A DNA stretch of 62,594 nt, the filler included, from Rhabdomonas costata (lineage: Eukaryota): assembly GCA_019059605.1 (NCBI GenBank). It is 33 parts of 33 records of this genome, joined end to end, with 100 filler letters (N's around TTAATTAATTAA, not from the genome) between each part and the next. Parts side by side here need not be neighbours in the genome. Positions count along the whole stretch, not along the records: positions 36,099 to 37,897 come from JAHMHO010008866.1; positions 37,998 to 39,796 come from JAHMHO010008867.1; positions 39,897 to 41,695 come from JAHMHO010008868.1; positions 41,796 to 43,594 come from JAHMHO010008869.1; positions 43,695 to 45,493 come from JAHMHO010008870.1; positions 45,594 to 47,396 come from JAHMHO010008871.1; positions 47,497 to 49,295 come from JAHMHO010008872.1; 26 more parts are not named here. One strand, 5' to 3'. Within the stretch, counting starts at the first letter, position 1. Every line of letters starts with the position of its first letter. The notes beneath the pieces were generated by a model. It did no database searches. It worked only from the letters and a program-made list of their open reading frames with translations, and was not told the DNA's origin. This document shows, one piece after another, positions 36,105-47,977 of this stretch. Position numbers and translations under genes: made by a program.

Positions 36105-36264
36105 GTGGTGAACAGAAGAAAACTTGGAAAACATCGATGCAATTTTCGGCCTTCCCAAGGCTTCCGTGATGCATTGTTTTCCGCATTTTCACTTTTCATC
36201 ATGAGCGCCACAATCAATTAACTTCCATTTACCTCTTTTTTCCAAGTTTTCTTCTGTTCATCAC
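36105..36264. repeat. Inverted repeat (27-bp arms, 1 mismatch) at contig start
   Basis: 36105-36131 versus 36238-36264. Confidence 0.85.
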
Positions 36265-38334
36265 AGCCACTTATATCGTCGACAGTTTCCTGTCACCAAT
36301 TATTATCTTCAGTTTCTGGAATCCCAATCTGTTGAGCAGAGGTTTTCTTTGATCTTCATTTGAAGGAATGAAGATTTATTTTCGCTTCCGACCTTCTGGG
36401 TGCCATTATTGTCATTATGTCTGGCCAAGTCAATGTCTTTTCTACTGTCAATTTTATCAGTTAAAAGTTTTCCTAACCTCAAGCTTCTTCTTCTCAACTT
36501 CTTGTTCCACTTAAAAGTTTTCCTTGACTGCTATGATGTAACCAGACAATCATGTGGCAGCGTTTTTGACGTTTTTGAAGTACACAAGATTCCGCAAAGT
36601 TGTCGTTGCGACTAATGTAGCAGAAGAGTCTCGATAAAGGAGGACATTATGTATGTGGTCGACTCGTGATACTACAATAAATCAAAAATAACTTCAATAA
36701 AAATGCAGTGGCCTCCTGGGCTCCTAAACCACACTGCTGGCACCACAATATGTGCAATTCACGGGCGTACACCATGGTTTTTGTGGCTGTTTCTATTTTT
36801 CGGTGAAATGGTGCTGAAATGATGCCCATTATGCAACCTCATTCCGTGATGTTCCAGAAGCTAACAATTACTTTCACCCACACGCACAAACGTACCAGCG
36901 CCGCGCACCGATTTGCTATGGCACGGATGTTGTTCGCCTACTCTCCATTATTTGAAGTCGGTGTTGCTGCCAAAAACCGCTGCAGAAAATCATTCTCAAA
37001 GGAGAGATGAAAAAGCAGAGGATGTGATATGTCCCGTTTGATGTCAAAGTAGGATGTGAAAACAGGAATCAAACGTTATTCTTATAAAACATTTGAAAAT
37101 GCTTGCAATACCAAAGGCAAGGACGATGAGGACGCTGAGTATGAGCATTATGTATTGTTTCTTCAAGTATCTCCAATCATCCCCACAAAATGCGGACATG
37201 TTCGGTATATTTCTTCCGCACAGCTTCCGTACCCCGGAGTACAGAGACCCTCTACGACCACCAGCCAAGTGGTCTGTTTTGATTTGTGCCTCCAGAAGTT
37301 TGCTAGCACATTTTGTTTCTGCACTGCGAAACGAAAGGAAGGCGTTGGGAACGGCATCTTGTATTGTATTGTGGGCATAAAATGTTATCACTGCACAATA
37401 ATAGGATTCCTAACAAACTGGAATTAAAGTATGTATCCAGGTGACAAAAAACAGCACTACTAATCCATTTTGCGAATACAAAGGCATTTAGTGGTACTTA
37501 ACACAGTTTACCATACCCCCATGCCCTAAAATACACACCACTCAGAATGTGTTTTCATCCAACGTTTACCGCTCCGCTTAACGTTTAGTCGTTTAGTCCC
37601 CGCAATATAATTGCTTTTAATCCATTTTACCCACCACCCCATATAAAATACAATTGTCCCTTTAGGAAGGTGAGGTTTTAATTCACGACCATAACGTACT
37701 CATATATAGTCGGAACGTTTTCATGCAGTGTTTTGCGGAACAGTCGGAGGAGAGATCACGCCACAATTAGCGCTCTTTTTGGTGTATTTTAGTACGTGGT
37801 GTTGACTCATTATACTCGATAACACAGTCAATTACACGGACATTGAATCCTCTTCTTTTCATATGCAACCATGTGAATTTCCATGCAAAACACCACANNN
37901 NNNNNNNNNNNNNNNNNNNNNNNNNNNNNNNNNNNNNNNNNTTAATTAATTAANNNNNNNNNNNNNNNNNNNNNNNNNNNNNNNNNNNNNNNNNNNNGTG
38001 TTTAGTGGGGGGGGGTCGCGTATTGCACAATGCGGATAAGAAAAGGAAAAGAGTTCAAGAAAATTCCTGAAACGCAGACTTCGCTGAACAAGGAAAGGGG
38101 GCTGCGTGGAAAAAAACGGAAAGGTGCGTGTGTGCACCTGTGCACATATGTTGAAAGCAAGAAGGGGTCGAGAGAGGTTCAAAGTGGAGTCCTCCTTGTG
38201 GGAGTAGGCATGCCCATTTTAGGGATAACACTTGTCGCAGCAAGAGACAGAGAGAGACGCACACACACACACACTTACACAAATATAGTACAACAGCGTA
38301 GTTAAGTTCCCGAGCACCAGCACCCAAAATCTCG

Positions 38335-38384
38335 CTAAATCTAAACCTAAACCTAAACCTAAACAAAAACCTAAACCTAACCCT
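38335..38384. repeat. Telomere-like (CTAAAC)n degenerate tract ending CCTAACCCT
   Basis: Directly visible; the reverse complement is TTTAGG/TTAGGG-like. Confidence 0.75.
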
Positions 38385-38822
38385 CAGATTCACCAGTCAG
38401 GGAGTTCGGAAGCCCACAGGCTTAAACCGCCCGCGTCAGCGGAGTAGCCCTGCACATATATGGCAAACCACACGGCAAAGAACATCTCTTCCTGCCCAAA
38501 CACATGACAGAACATGGGCAGAGAAGAAAAAATCTGGAACTGGCCAAAAAAGAGGAAGAACCCGAAGATGCATTGGGAGCGATCCTTTGTTTTGGGAATG
38601 TGAGAAAAAAGGGGTGGGCAGGTCCCAGGAAAAGAGGGGGAGGAGAAAAGGTGCGCCGCTAGCTCATCGACGCAGCCCTGGAGAAGATGACGATGATGAC
38701 TGAAGACCTAAGACTTCAGAAACGTGAATCTGTTGGGAAAAACAAAAGGGAGCAATGGGGGCGGAGGAAGGGGAAAAATACTGGAGGAAACTCAACACTA
38801 CAAAAGTACAAAATCGGTGGGG

Positions 38823-39767
38823 TCACGTGGGGACCCAAGAATGGAGTGGGGCGATGGAAGCCGCTTGGGGGCATGGTAGCTGTGATTCAGGGTCCTCCGA
38901 TACCGAGGGGGCCATTAACGGCATGCTTGGGGACATCACGACTCCCTGGGGGGTGGGCACGGTATGCTCTTGGCGCAGCAGCCACCCCATCACCACGTCC
39001 TGCAAAAGGCCCCGGGGCACAGGCTTGTGTAACAAGGCGTTGATCCCGGCCTGCGGCCCGAAAGGCAACCGCACTTTGCACACGCGAAACCATAAAATTT
39101 ATAGTAACGCTGTGGTTGTGGTTACGGGTTAGAGCAGTGGGACCGCAATACTACTTCAGGTTTTATTCTTTGACTTAGGGACAGTTAGGGACAGTGACAC
39201 TTAGGGTCAGGGAAATGTAACTAACAGAGGCAATCAGTGTATGACCCCACCTCCGAGCCCGAATATTTGCTCGGAATTGAACCAGTTACGCAACAGCTAG
39301 TTCTAAACAGCTGACTCAATCCTATCTTGGGCTCCACCGCACTCGCAATAAAAAAACCGAATTCTGGGTGCGGCTCGGAAAGCAGCAAAGATGGTTTCAA
39401 CGAATCCACCAAAAATGGCAAGGCACGATGTGGGAACCCCTGCCTCCCCCTCCTCCTCCCCGATCAATATACAGATGCTGCTCACACATTAACAAACAAG
39501 CGGTGCCCTAAAAGAGCTCCCGGTGCCTGGTGACCCCACAGACCTGTGCGCACAGCTCCGCCGCGTCCTGCTCCGCTGCCCCAGACAGACCGATGATCAC
39601 AGGCCCCTCCGAAGATCTGTGGTGGTGGCACCCCATGGAGGGCTCCGCGACGATGCCGCGCAGCTTGCGGGACAGCTCAAAGCCGTCCCCGTCGCCCAAA
39701 TTGAGGTCCGTCAGCACCAACTGGATGCCCGGAGAATTCACAAACAGCTCCAAGGCTTCCGTCAGGC
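38823..39767 (-). CDS. Response-regulator receiver domain, last two exons (39767-39544, 39050-38823)
   Basis: IQLVLTDLNLGDGDGFELSRKLR (phospho-acceptor Asp), PVIIGLSG and, after the GT-AG intron, AGINALLHKPV (conserved KP), then a stop. Confidence 0.85.
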
Positions 39768-40358
39768 CTGTGTTGTTTCGAACCATCCATTAACTTNNNN
39801 NNNNNNNNNNNNNNNNNNNNNNNNNNNNNNNNNNNNNNNNTTAATTAATTAANNNNNNNNNNNNNNNNNNNNNNNNNNNNNNNNNNNNNNNNNNNNTCGA
39901 AATCATTATTCATGTGCTGCATCCTTGGGTTGGATCTTGGAGCAGGTCTGGTCGTTTTTCCCTGGCTGAGCGCACACAACTTGAGCTGACTCGGCCATGT
40001 CAGTATTCCCCTCAGCACTGGAACAACGCGAAGATTTGAAGTCTGTTATAAAAAAACAACCAAGTGGCAAACCCCCGCTGAGAGTGAATGGGCCAGTAGC
40101 ATTTCTGCATATTTTATATCCCAATCCTGCTTCGTTCTGGCGCTCGCTAACACTCAGCAGTCACGAATTTCGTTCGCAATAAAATATACACCGATTTACC
40201 ATAAATAAAGCAGACTCTCTATCTTCTCTCAGCAAAATCACGGGAACCGGAAAGGCTGTGCTGTTTCTCGCGTTGTTCTTTTGCGAGCAGTGTGGTGAAT
40301 ATCCCCCTCATTTGCAGTGCAACTGCGTGGTGGTGTTTCCCTGTTTGAACCTTCTGAG

Positions 40359-41234
40359 GTGAGCCGGTGAACATTCTAACCCACTGCAATGCGGGGTGGC
40401 TGGCCTTCGTGGACTACGGCACCGCCACGGCGCCGATCTACGCGGCACATGACCGGGGTATTGCTGTTCACGTGTGGGTCGATGAGACACGTCCCAGGAA
40501 TCAGGTCAGGGCCCTTCGGGAAGCCTTCTTCATCTTCTCCTTCGTCTCGTGGGTTGTTTTACTTGCCACTTGCCGTAGATCTACTAACGTTCCCGCACTA
40601 GCTTGTGAAAGGCAAGAAGGGCCTCAAAAAGAGTCTCGAAAAGACAATTGCTCTTCTGGGGGAGCGATCCAACGCGACCGATTCACGGCTTTCTTCCCGT
40701 GTGATGTAGGTGCAACACGATATTTCTGCTTTTCCGTTGCGCTTTACTTCTTGCAACTGCAAAATAAGGCCATTCGTGAACGGACCCCTTCCTCAATCAT
40801 CCGAGGCCTCACTGGAAGTGAGGAAATGAGAGTGAGGGTTTGTATGCCCACCAGGAGTCCCCACTGGTACCAGAGTGGCTTGCTTTGTGGCTTGCTTTTG
40901 TAGAAGAGAAAGAGAGTACACCATCCGCATGGCAGTGTGACCGGGGGTAGGGTGCCAAGCTCACTGCGTGGGAGCTGCTGCAGCACGGCGTGCCCCACAC
41001 TGTGATTGCCGATAACACCGGAGGTCATCTAATGCAGCACCAGATGGTGGACATGGTGATCACGGGCACCGACCGTACCACCAGGGCGGGGGATGTGGCA
41101 AACAAGATCGGGACGTATCTGAAGGCCCTCGCAGCCTTCGACAACCAGGTGCCGTTCTATGTGGCGCTGCCCTCGACCACCTTTGACTGGAACCTGCGCG
41201 AGGGAAAGGACATTCCCATTGAACAGCGCGGCAG
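40359..41234 (+). CDS. mtnA: Methylthioribose-1-phosphate isomerase, exons 40359-40504 and 40951-41234
   Basis: [23 protein letters not shown]...[18 protein letters not shown]...[11 protein letters not shown]...GTDR...[10 protein letters not shown]...[12 protein letters not shown]...IPIEQR covers all the MtnA motifs. GT-AG intron. Confidence 0.95.
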
Positions 41235-41846
41235 GTTCGCGGGTGTACGGCATAGAAGAAAGTGGAGGAAGGGGCCGAGAGCGGGGTTGCGTTAGCGCGT
41301 GGTGTATGTGTGCAGGAATTTCTGGAAGCCATGCATCCTGCACAATTCGACGATCGCAATACTGCACAGGGAAAAAGAATCCATCTCGTTGGAATGTGTT
41401 TGTGGGGACAGGGATGGAAAGTGGAGACGAAGGAAAGAAGAATAGAAAGCGGAGATATGTGTTCTACGGGGAAGTGGTTTATATTCTGGTTTTCGAGTCT
41501 TTCCCAGGAAACACACACATACACACACATACGCACACAGCGACACAGTGACACGGTGGGTTCAAGCTGTTTGTACTCTGTGCGTGAACTCTCCTAGTCA
41601 CGGGTAACTGACTTCCGACAGGGATCGGAGCCAGAGCTGGAAAACCTGAGCTGGACTAGTCGGTTGGGGCCCATTCCTGACGGGAAGGCAGCACTNNNNN
41701 NNNNNNNNNNNNNNNNNNNNNNNNNNNNNNNNNNNNNNNTTAATTAATTAANNNNNNNNNNNNNNNNNNNNNNNNNNNNNNNNNNNNNNNNNNNNGTGGG
41801 GGGTGTGCCGCAGAAGCTTGTCCTACTCCACTTCGTTGCCGTTCAG

Positions 41847-43373
41847 GTCGCTGGTTTTTCACCTTTCGATCCTCGGGATTCCTCGGCAGCATCACCACGA
41901 CAATTGCGTTGTCCCTTCTCGCCGCTTTTATTGCCGCGGCCCTTCTGGTCACCTTCTTTGTGATCACCTGGCGGTCCTTCCTGGAGATCAAGCTTCTGCG
42001 GCACAATCCCTCACGCGTGGTCCGTCGCACTTTTCCGACCGTTTCAAAGTTTTCTGTTGAAAGCTTGAAAGCTAACCATTTGTCTGCACCTGATCTTCAC
42101 AGGAGATTTACACAGATCCCTTGACCAATGACAAGACTTTGATGGTGAACGGGGAGCCCTTCGTAGTTCGGGGCATCAACTACAGCCCTGTGGGAAAGGG
42201 CCAGGAGGCGACGTCCTCACCCTTCGGGGACTACATGACAACAGGCTACAGGTTTCTTGGCACTCGCGTCGGATCTCTGTGGGTTGAAGAGCACTGGCAT
42301 CATCCCTTTGGCCCAAAGGATTTCTTTTTGGCGCATCGGCTTGACCACATATTGCAGGCCAATAGTGATGTGATAGTTTTGCTGTAGCAATCCCTGTTGG
42401 GCATTCCCTTCTTTGTGTTTGCTTGCATCGGCTGTTCATCCACGCTTTTTATTTCGCTCCTCCATGTTCTGCGCTGGTGCCCCGTAAACAGGTACAGCTT
42501 CGAGCCCCAGCTGAAGGTGATAAGCAGGCTCTTCAACACCATTCGTATCTACAACATGGCCGCCGACGTCGACCACACCCCCTTTCTGGATGTCTGTCAC
42601 GCCTATGGACTGAAGGTCCCTATCTCTTGCGGGGTTCATTTTTTTCTTCTCGGCTCACTCAAGATGTCAGACACCCAACGGATCTTTGTGCTAGTTTTTC
42701 GGCCCTATTGCGCAAACTCGCATCCCTTCATATGCGCAACACCTGTTCGCATTGTGCTCATTTTCAGAAAAGAAAATCCGTCATCTACAACATATGACTA
42801 ACACTCCTTCACGGGCGAAGTGAAGGGGGTGGGGGGCTGATTCACTGTCCCCGTAGTCATGTACATGAACCTGCCGCTGTTGCTGACAATGATTTGGCGC
42901 ACGGTGTGTGCGGGGTAGCGGTGTGGGTTGACTGACGGTGGGGTTCAGGTGATCATTACGTTCTGGATGGACTCGGTGAACTACCCCAACCTGGACCTCT
43001 CCCCAGAGAGCGCGATGGTGAACTTTCGGCACTTGGTGCGGACCTACAAGGGACACCCGGCGCTGCTGATGTGGTGTGCCAGAACACCAGCATTGCATTA
43101 TTGCGAAGGAAGTGAATCTGGCGCTGCTATCGTTGCGAAAAGTTTCATATTCACACCATGAATGTGTTCGCGCACGCAGGGCACTGGGCAACGAGCCGAA
43201 CAACGGCAACAACGAGCAGAGCTTCGCGACGATCATGCCGCAGTTCTTTCGCTTCGTGAACAAAGCGGCGACGATCCGCGACGAGGAGGAGGCCATCCCG
43301 TTGTACTACCCCCACCCCATCACTGTCCCCATGGCCGACGCTACTAAGATCGGGAACATCATATCAACCTACG
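41847..43373 (+). CDS. Membrane-anchored clan GH-A glycoside hydrolase (GH2/GH72/GH158-like TIM barrel), exons 41847-42019, 42103-42251, 42492-42615, 42949-43073, 43180-43373
   Basis: TM helix, then LMVNGEPFVVRGINYSP...FNTIRIY...DHTPFLDVCHAYGLKVI...YKGHPALLMWALGNEP (NE acid/base). All introns are GT-AG and phase-consistent. Confidence 0.82.
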
Positions 43374-43700
43374 GTTGTGCATGCCCGTTCTCTCTTTTCA
43401 GTGCAAGAGCAGCTTGGTTTTATGTCCTTGCAAACTCGCTGTAAACTTCGAGCATGTGTTTCAATAGCGTGATATTGCCTGAGGTATGTCTGACCAAGGG
43501 AAGACAATGACAAATCTGAGCCAAGCCAAATTTTCAAAATCTAAAAAGAATACACGCATAAACACACCAGGATACCACCCTTGAACCCCCAAAGNNNNNN
43601 NNNNNNNNNNNNNNNNNNNNNNNNNNNNNNNNNNNNNNTTAATTAATTAANNNNNNNNNNNNNNNNNNNNNNNNNNNNNNNNNNNNNNNNNNNNGTGGGT

Positions 43701-43976
43701 TGGGTTCAACACGCACTCGCATAGAGGGAGGGGACATCCCAAGAGAGGCCGGAGTCAAGCCAAATGGACGTGTGCTGAAATCTGCACATAGGTTCTGAAA
43801 AGGTCTTATGAAAAGGACGCTTCGGAAACGGTTTCGATTGGAACAAGGTCGTATATATTGTGTGAGATTATACCCGCGGACCTCATGGGAGTCACAAAAA
43901 ACACAAGCAAATTCCGACACCCAAAAGGCTAGTGCGCCCTATGCCCTTCCCTCTATGCGAGTGCGTGTTGAACCCA
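43701..43976. repeat. Inverted repeat (29 bp perfect) bracketing 218 nt; MITE-like or fold-back chimera
   Basis: 43701-43729 is the reverse complement of 43948-43976. Confidence 0.8.
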
Positions 43977-44271
43977 TCTCAGGTGTACCTCATCATCTGC
44001 CAGCACAGCGTTTCCCCTTGAAACACGTTCGCAACGAGCCGTGTTCCCCGATTAACGTCATCTACAACACTAAGGTCAGCAACACTACCTGATTCATGTG
44101 GTGCCTCTCCTTTATGGGCAGGAAACCAAGGCTTAGGAATAAGCACCCAGCTATTTTGGGAGACGTGTTCCCTCCGTTTCCTCACAGCTCTTCACTCAGG
44201 TACCCACCGTGAGGCATTCTCCAAGAAGCAGAACCTCCGCACCTCTCTTCACGGTCTTGCACGATCCATAC

Positions 44272-45364
44272 CAGGTGGCTCTGGTAGAAGAAGTATTTCT
44301 TGTTCTCCCCAGGGAAGAGCATTTTCCGAAGAAGGTCATCCATGGCTTCCTTGCCCTGCCTCTCCTCAGGAACTCCGTTGTTACCTTTTCAGGAGAGGAC
44401 CAGGAAGTAACAAAGAGAGTGCCAAACTTGTTCCACCGCTCTCCCACTTGCGCAGTGCCGGGAATCAAAAAGAACTCTCCCGATGCACCGATATTAAAAT
44501 AGTCGTCTTCAATAAGCCAACCTCAAGGGCTCTCTTCAACTGAGCGGTCAGGTGAATGAGGGTGCATACGCCGTTATACGGTCATAAATCGAAAATGTTT
44601 TTCGGGTTTTTGGGGGACTTCCATGTCGATTATTATTGTTGATGAGAGCTCATTTCTTGCGGGGCTCCAGCTAACAACTAAGACAGGATTATTTTAGAGG
44701 CCGCGGCGCGGCGGGGGGGTTACCTTCGATCCTATGCGATGCACGATGCACGTCAAGGCGAAGCGTGTACGCTGGTGTGTTCGGGGGTCGGGCCCCTGGT
44801 TACGTTTCTTCCTTCACCGTATATCATCAAAAATGGACCGGATACTAATCTGTCTGCTAAGTCTGCGCAAACTGACAGAGGGAAAGAGTGGGAGAACGAA
44901 GTCAGGAGCGCAGAAGACGCACAGCATGGCATGACTTCATGCACACACACACACACACACCAAACGCTGTCCGATGCTGAAATCCGCCATCCACCCAAAT
45001 CTAAATGAAAAAAAGAAAACACAAACCCTTGCACACTTGCGCAGAGTAAGCGCGGTGATTTTACGAAGACAAACATGGAGTGAAAATTTCAATCCTCCAG
45101 CAATCACATCGATGCCATGGAATTAACGAAATCAGTCCATGCGGTAGCTGACGGCTGGTGAGACTTCTTTGGGCCCTCCTCGCTGCTTGAAGCCGATGCT
45201 CCCAGCGCCCGACCAAAAAGCCCCCGGCGTAGCCTTACCTCGATCCGGTCTCCTCCCGGCTTGGAAGAGAGGGAGATCCCGCAAACGCTGTGGTTGGTGT
45301 TGTCCACCAGCTGCTCCCCCAGCAGCAGAAAGCACGTCTGAGTCCAGAGCTTGAACCGGAAGTC
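44272..45364 (-). CDS. eIF4E-family cap-binding protein, exons 45364-45239, 45000-44961, 44384-44272
   Basis: Spliced: LWTQTCFLLLGEQL...VCGISLSSKPGGDRIE|IWVDG...KMLFPGENKKYFFYQSHL contains the eIF4E W..LxxIGE, CGxxxS, RIxIW and YxSH motifs. Confidence 0.85.
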
Positions 45365-45903
45365 CTGGAAAAGGGTGCGCAAGGGCGTCACATATCACTC
45401 CTTCACTGACAGAGACACGAAAGCGAAACCCAAGGCACACACTCGAACCCATGAAATCCTCGACTCGGAGACACGAACCCAGAACCCAAAACANNNNNNN
45501 NNNNNNNNNNNNNNNNNNNNNNNNNNNNNNNNNNNNNTTAATTAATTAANNNNNNNNNNNNNNNNNNNNNNNNNNNNNNNNNNNNNNNNNNNNTTGTTTT
45601 TGTCGAAATTCATGGGGTCCGTGTCAATGTGCATGGGGAAATTATGGCAAGATCATGGATTATGTAATGATAGGTTAGTTTATGGATCTTCAACACAACC
45701 TTTTCCTCCCATTCAGGACGGAATTTGAAAGTAAGGAAAATGGGCTTCCAACCGTACAATTGCTTCATAGTGCATGGGAAAATGGGCTTATAGGCTGCCG
45801 GCCTGGGACCATCCCAAAGTCAGGTTGCCGTTGTATTCACCGATCCTCGGGCACGAAAACAAAAACTCGGAACTCCCGACTGCGCTGTGCTGAAGCACTG
45901 AAG

Positions 45904-45941
<38 letters not shown>

Positions 45942-46989
45942 CTATGAGTTGCCCGCCTCCCTTCCTGGGTCTTTCAAGGTAGGTGTGCGTACGCAGCGTG
46001 TGGTGTCCAGTCCACTGTTATGCCATATTCTGTAGTAGTTGTTCTTTCGTCTCGTTCAAGCGTGCACGCGAGGCGAGAAAAAGAACAAAAGGGAACGTCA
46101 GCAGTGAAACAAACCTGCACATGACAGCAATGTAGCAAAGCGTCACGTGCGGCCGGTTTTTTCCTTCAATTCAAGAACACAATACACCGAGGTAACCCCT
46201 TCCCGCACCCAACCGCCTTACAAGGACTTGCTACTACTCACGGTCACTGCCTCAGGGCGGGAGTGTCTACTACTCACAGCCCCGACCTTTCTGCCCATTG
46301 TTTTGCTGACGGAGCTGCAGCACCACTGTGATTCCGGTGAATAGGATCCCTCATTTAATTCACTAACTCACGAGCCCATCATTGCAAAGGTTAATTCCCC
46401 GTTCGATGGGAACGCTGCTCGACAGAGTAAATGCGGCGGCACCTGTGCGGTCACTTTGAGGGAAACCGGCGGCTTCCCGTCCTCAGCTGCCAAGTCAGAC
46501 GAAGTGCAGGTTGGACTCGTAACAAGGCTGAGACTGGGCACTCGAGGGGTGGGCTGGCGGAGCAGCTTTTTCATCGAAGTGCTGGCCAAACGCCACGCCA
46601 GCAATTATACAGGAATGCAAAACAAGTTAGTGCTTCTCGCATTTTGCCACTGTCTGGCATCACTCTCAAGGCAAAGAAATTTCCTCCTCTTCCATTTTTG
46701 CAAAGTAAGACGAAATCTAATTTGAACTGCATCCTTTAGCCTTTCCCAAACCTTCTGTTGAAGAACGTGTCCTTCCGGGTGAAAGGGATACCAATATAAT
46801 GGAGGAGAAAAACTCAAGCTCCGCTAACAAAAGCAACCTTCAGGAGGCCAAAACGAAACGTTGATAAGATGAGCGCCTGGAATGACAAAAAATCGTAGTG
46901 GCGCTCACGAGTCGAAAAGTATGCTCCTTCCGGCCAAAGGCAAACCGCCTTCCTCCAAGCGTCGATTGAGGTTGCATTTCTATTCCGAC

Positions 46990-47079
46990 CCACTGCAAAC
47001 GCAACTTTTCCAGTGTCGTATTGTCCCGAAGAAAATCATGGACGGCTCGCCCCATGTCAACGAGGGGCAGGCTTGGTGT
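46990..47079 (-). CDS. Possible RI-like/NLRC3-type leucine-rich repeat exon
   Basis: AVHDFLRDNTTLEKLRLQW resembles LxxNxTLxxLxL; bounded by tag| and |GT. Single unit only. Confidence 0.3.
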
Positions 47080-47598
47080 CTATCAGTCCACCCAGCACAA
47101 GACTGGTCATGAACGGAGACCTTCGATTGCATTCGTACATACAAATTCAGATTCAACGTCATCTTTAAGCGCGCACAAACGCACACGCAAACTTACACAC
47201 ACCCGGTCCAGCTTGGCAGGGTCACAGTTCTGCGCAGCGGCGGGTCAGGAGTATCATCAGGGCAGTCTTGTATATCCTGCATGCCCACCAGTGGTGCAAT
47301 CCTCATTGTTAAAGGTGCAGGTCTCCTTGACCCCCTCAACATTTGGCTATTTTAAGCAGCCCGCAGTCTTCCACGTTCCTCGGAAATGCAGCTTCTNNNN
47401 NNNNNNNNNNNNNNNNNNNNNNNNNNNNNNNNNNNNNNNNTTAATTAATTAANNNNNNNNNNNNNNNNNNNNNNNNNNNNNNNNNNNNNNNNNNNNGGGG
47501 GGTGGGGGCACAGACAATTACACGCACACATCAGGCCATAGTCGAGTAGTACACTCATGCGTTGTGAAGTGACGGGCTCAACCTAAAAAAAAAGGCCA

Positions 47599-47630
47599 CC
47601 TAAGAGCCCAAGCGCCTAAGAGCCCAAGCG
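47599..47630. repeat. 16-bp perfect tandem duplication (CCTAAGAGCCCAAGCG)x2
   Basis: Directly visible. Confidence 0.85.
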
Positions 47631-47896
47631 GAACTGTGCGTTTTTCCTTATTACTGCACTTGGGACATCGCCTTGCGTTGTTTTCCCGTTTTCTAACGAA
47701 AGCAACGTTTTCCTCAGTCGGATTCCCCGACATTCGCGCTTAATCACCAACCTCGTTTTATACATCAAAGATTTTCCGGAGATCTGTCCTTCGGTTCTAT
47801 TGTGTGGGGTCTAAGCAGGCATTCATTCTAGCGACAGCCTGAAAACAGGAAGTGAGAGGTTCGACAGGTGGGACAGGTGTGACGCCCATCCCATGC

Positions 47897-47977
47897 CTCC
47901 AAGAAGTGCAGGGCACCACTCTGCTCCAGGTACTGCTCAGGCGGCAAACCTTCGAGGTCCACACCCTCACCAGTCAT
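47897..47977 (-). CDS. First exon of a protein with RIIa/DPY30-like dimerization-docking N-terminus
   Basis: MTGEGVDLEGLPPEQYLEQSGALHFLE resembles YLxxxGxxxxL D/D domains. Putative GC donor GAG|GCATGG. Confidence 0.4.

Noticed and set aside
36111-36261. Inverted repeat with CAG...CTG resembling a euglenid nonconventional intron
   Set aside because: There are no identifiable flanking exons, the pattern follows automatically from the IR, and it abuts primer-derived sequence.
4505-43373. Apparent biosynthetic cluster (carbamoyltransferase, ABC transporter, NRPS, glycosidase)
   Set aside because: The genes lie on separate contigs ordered by size, so there is no evidence of physical linkage.
44724-44732. 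Possible 8-nt micro-exon (tag|GATCGAAG|gtaac, minus strand) in eIF4E
   Set aside because: Inclusion would break the frame that joins the flanking exons to the YQSH motif.
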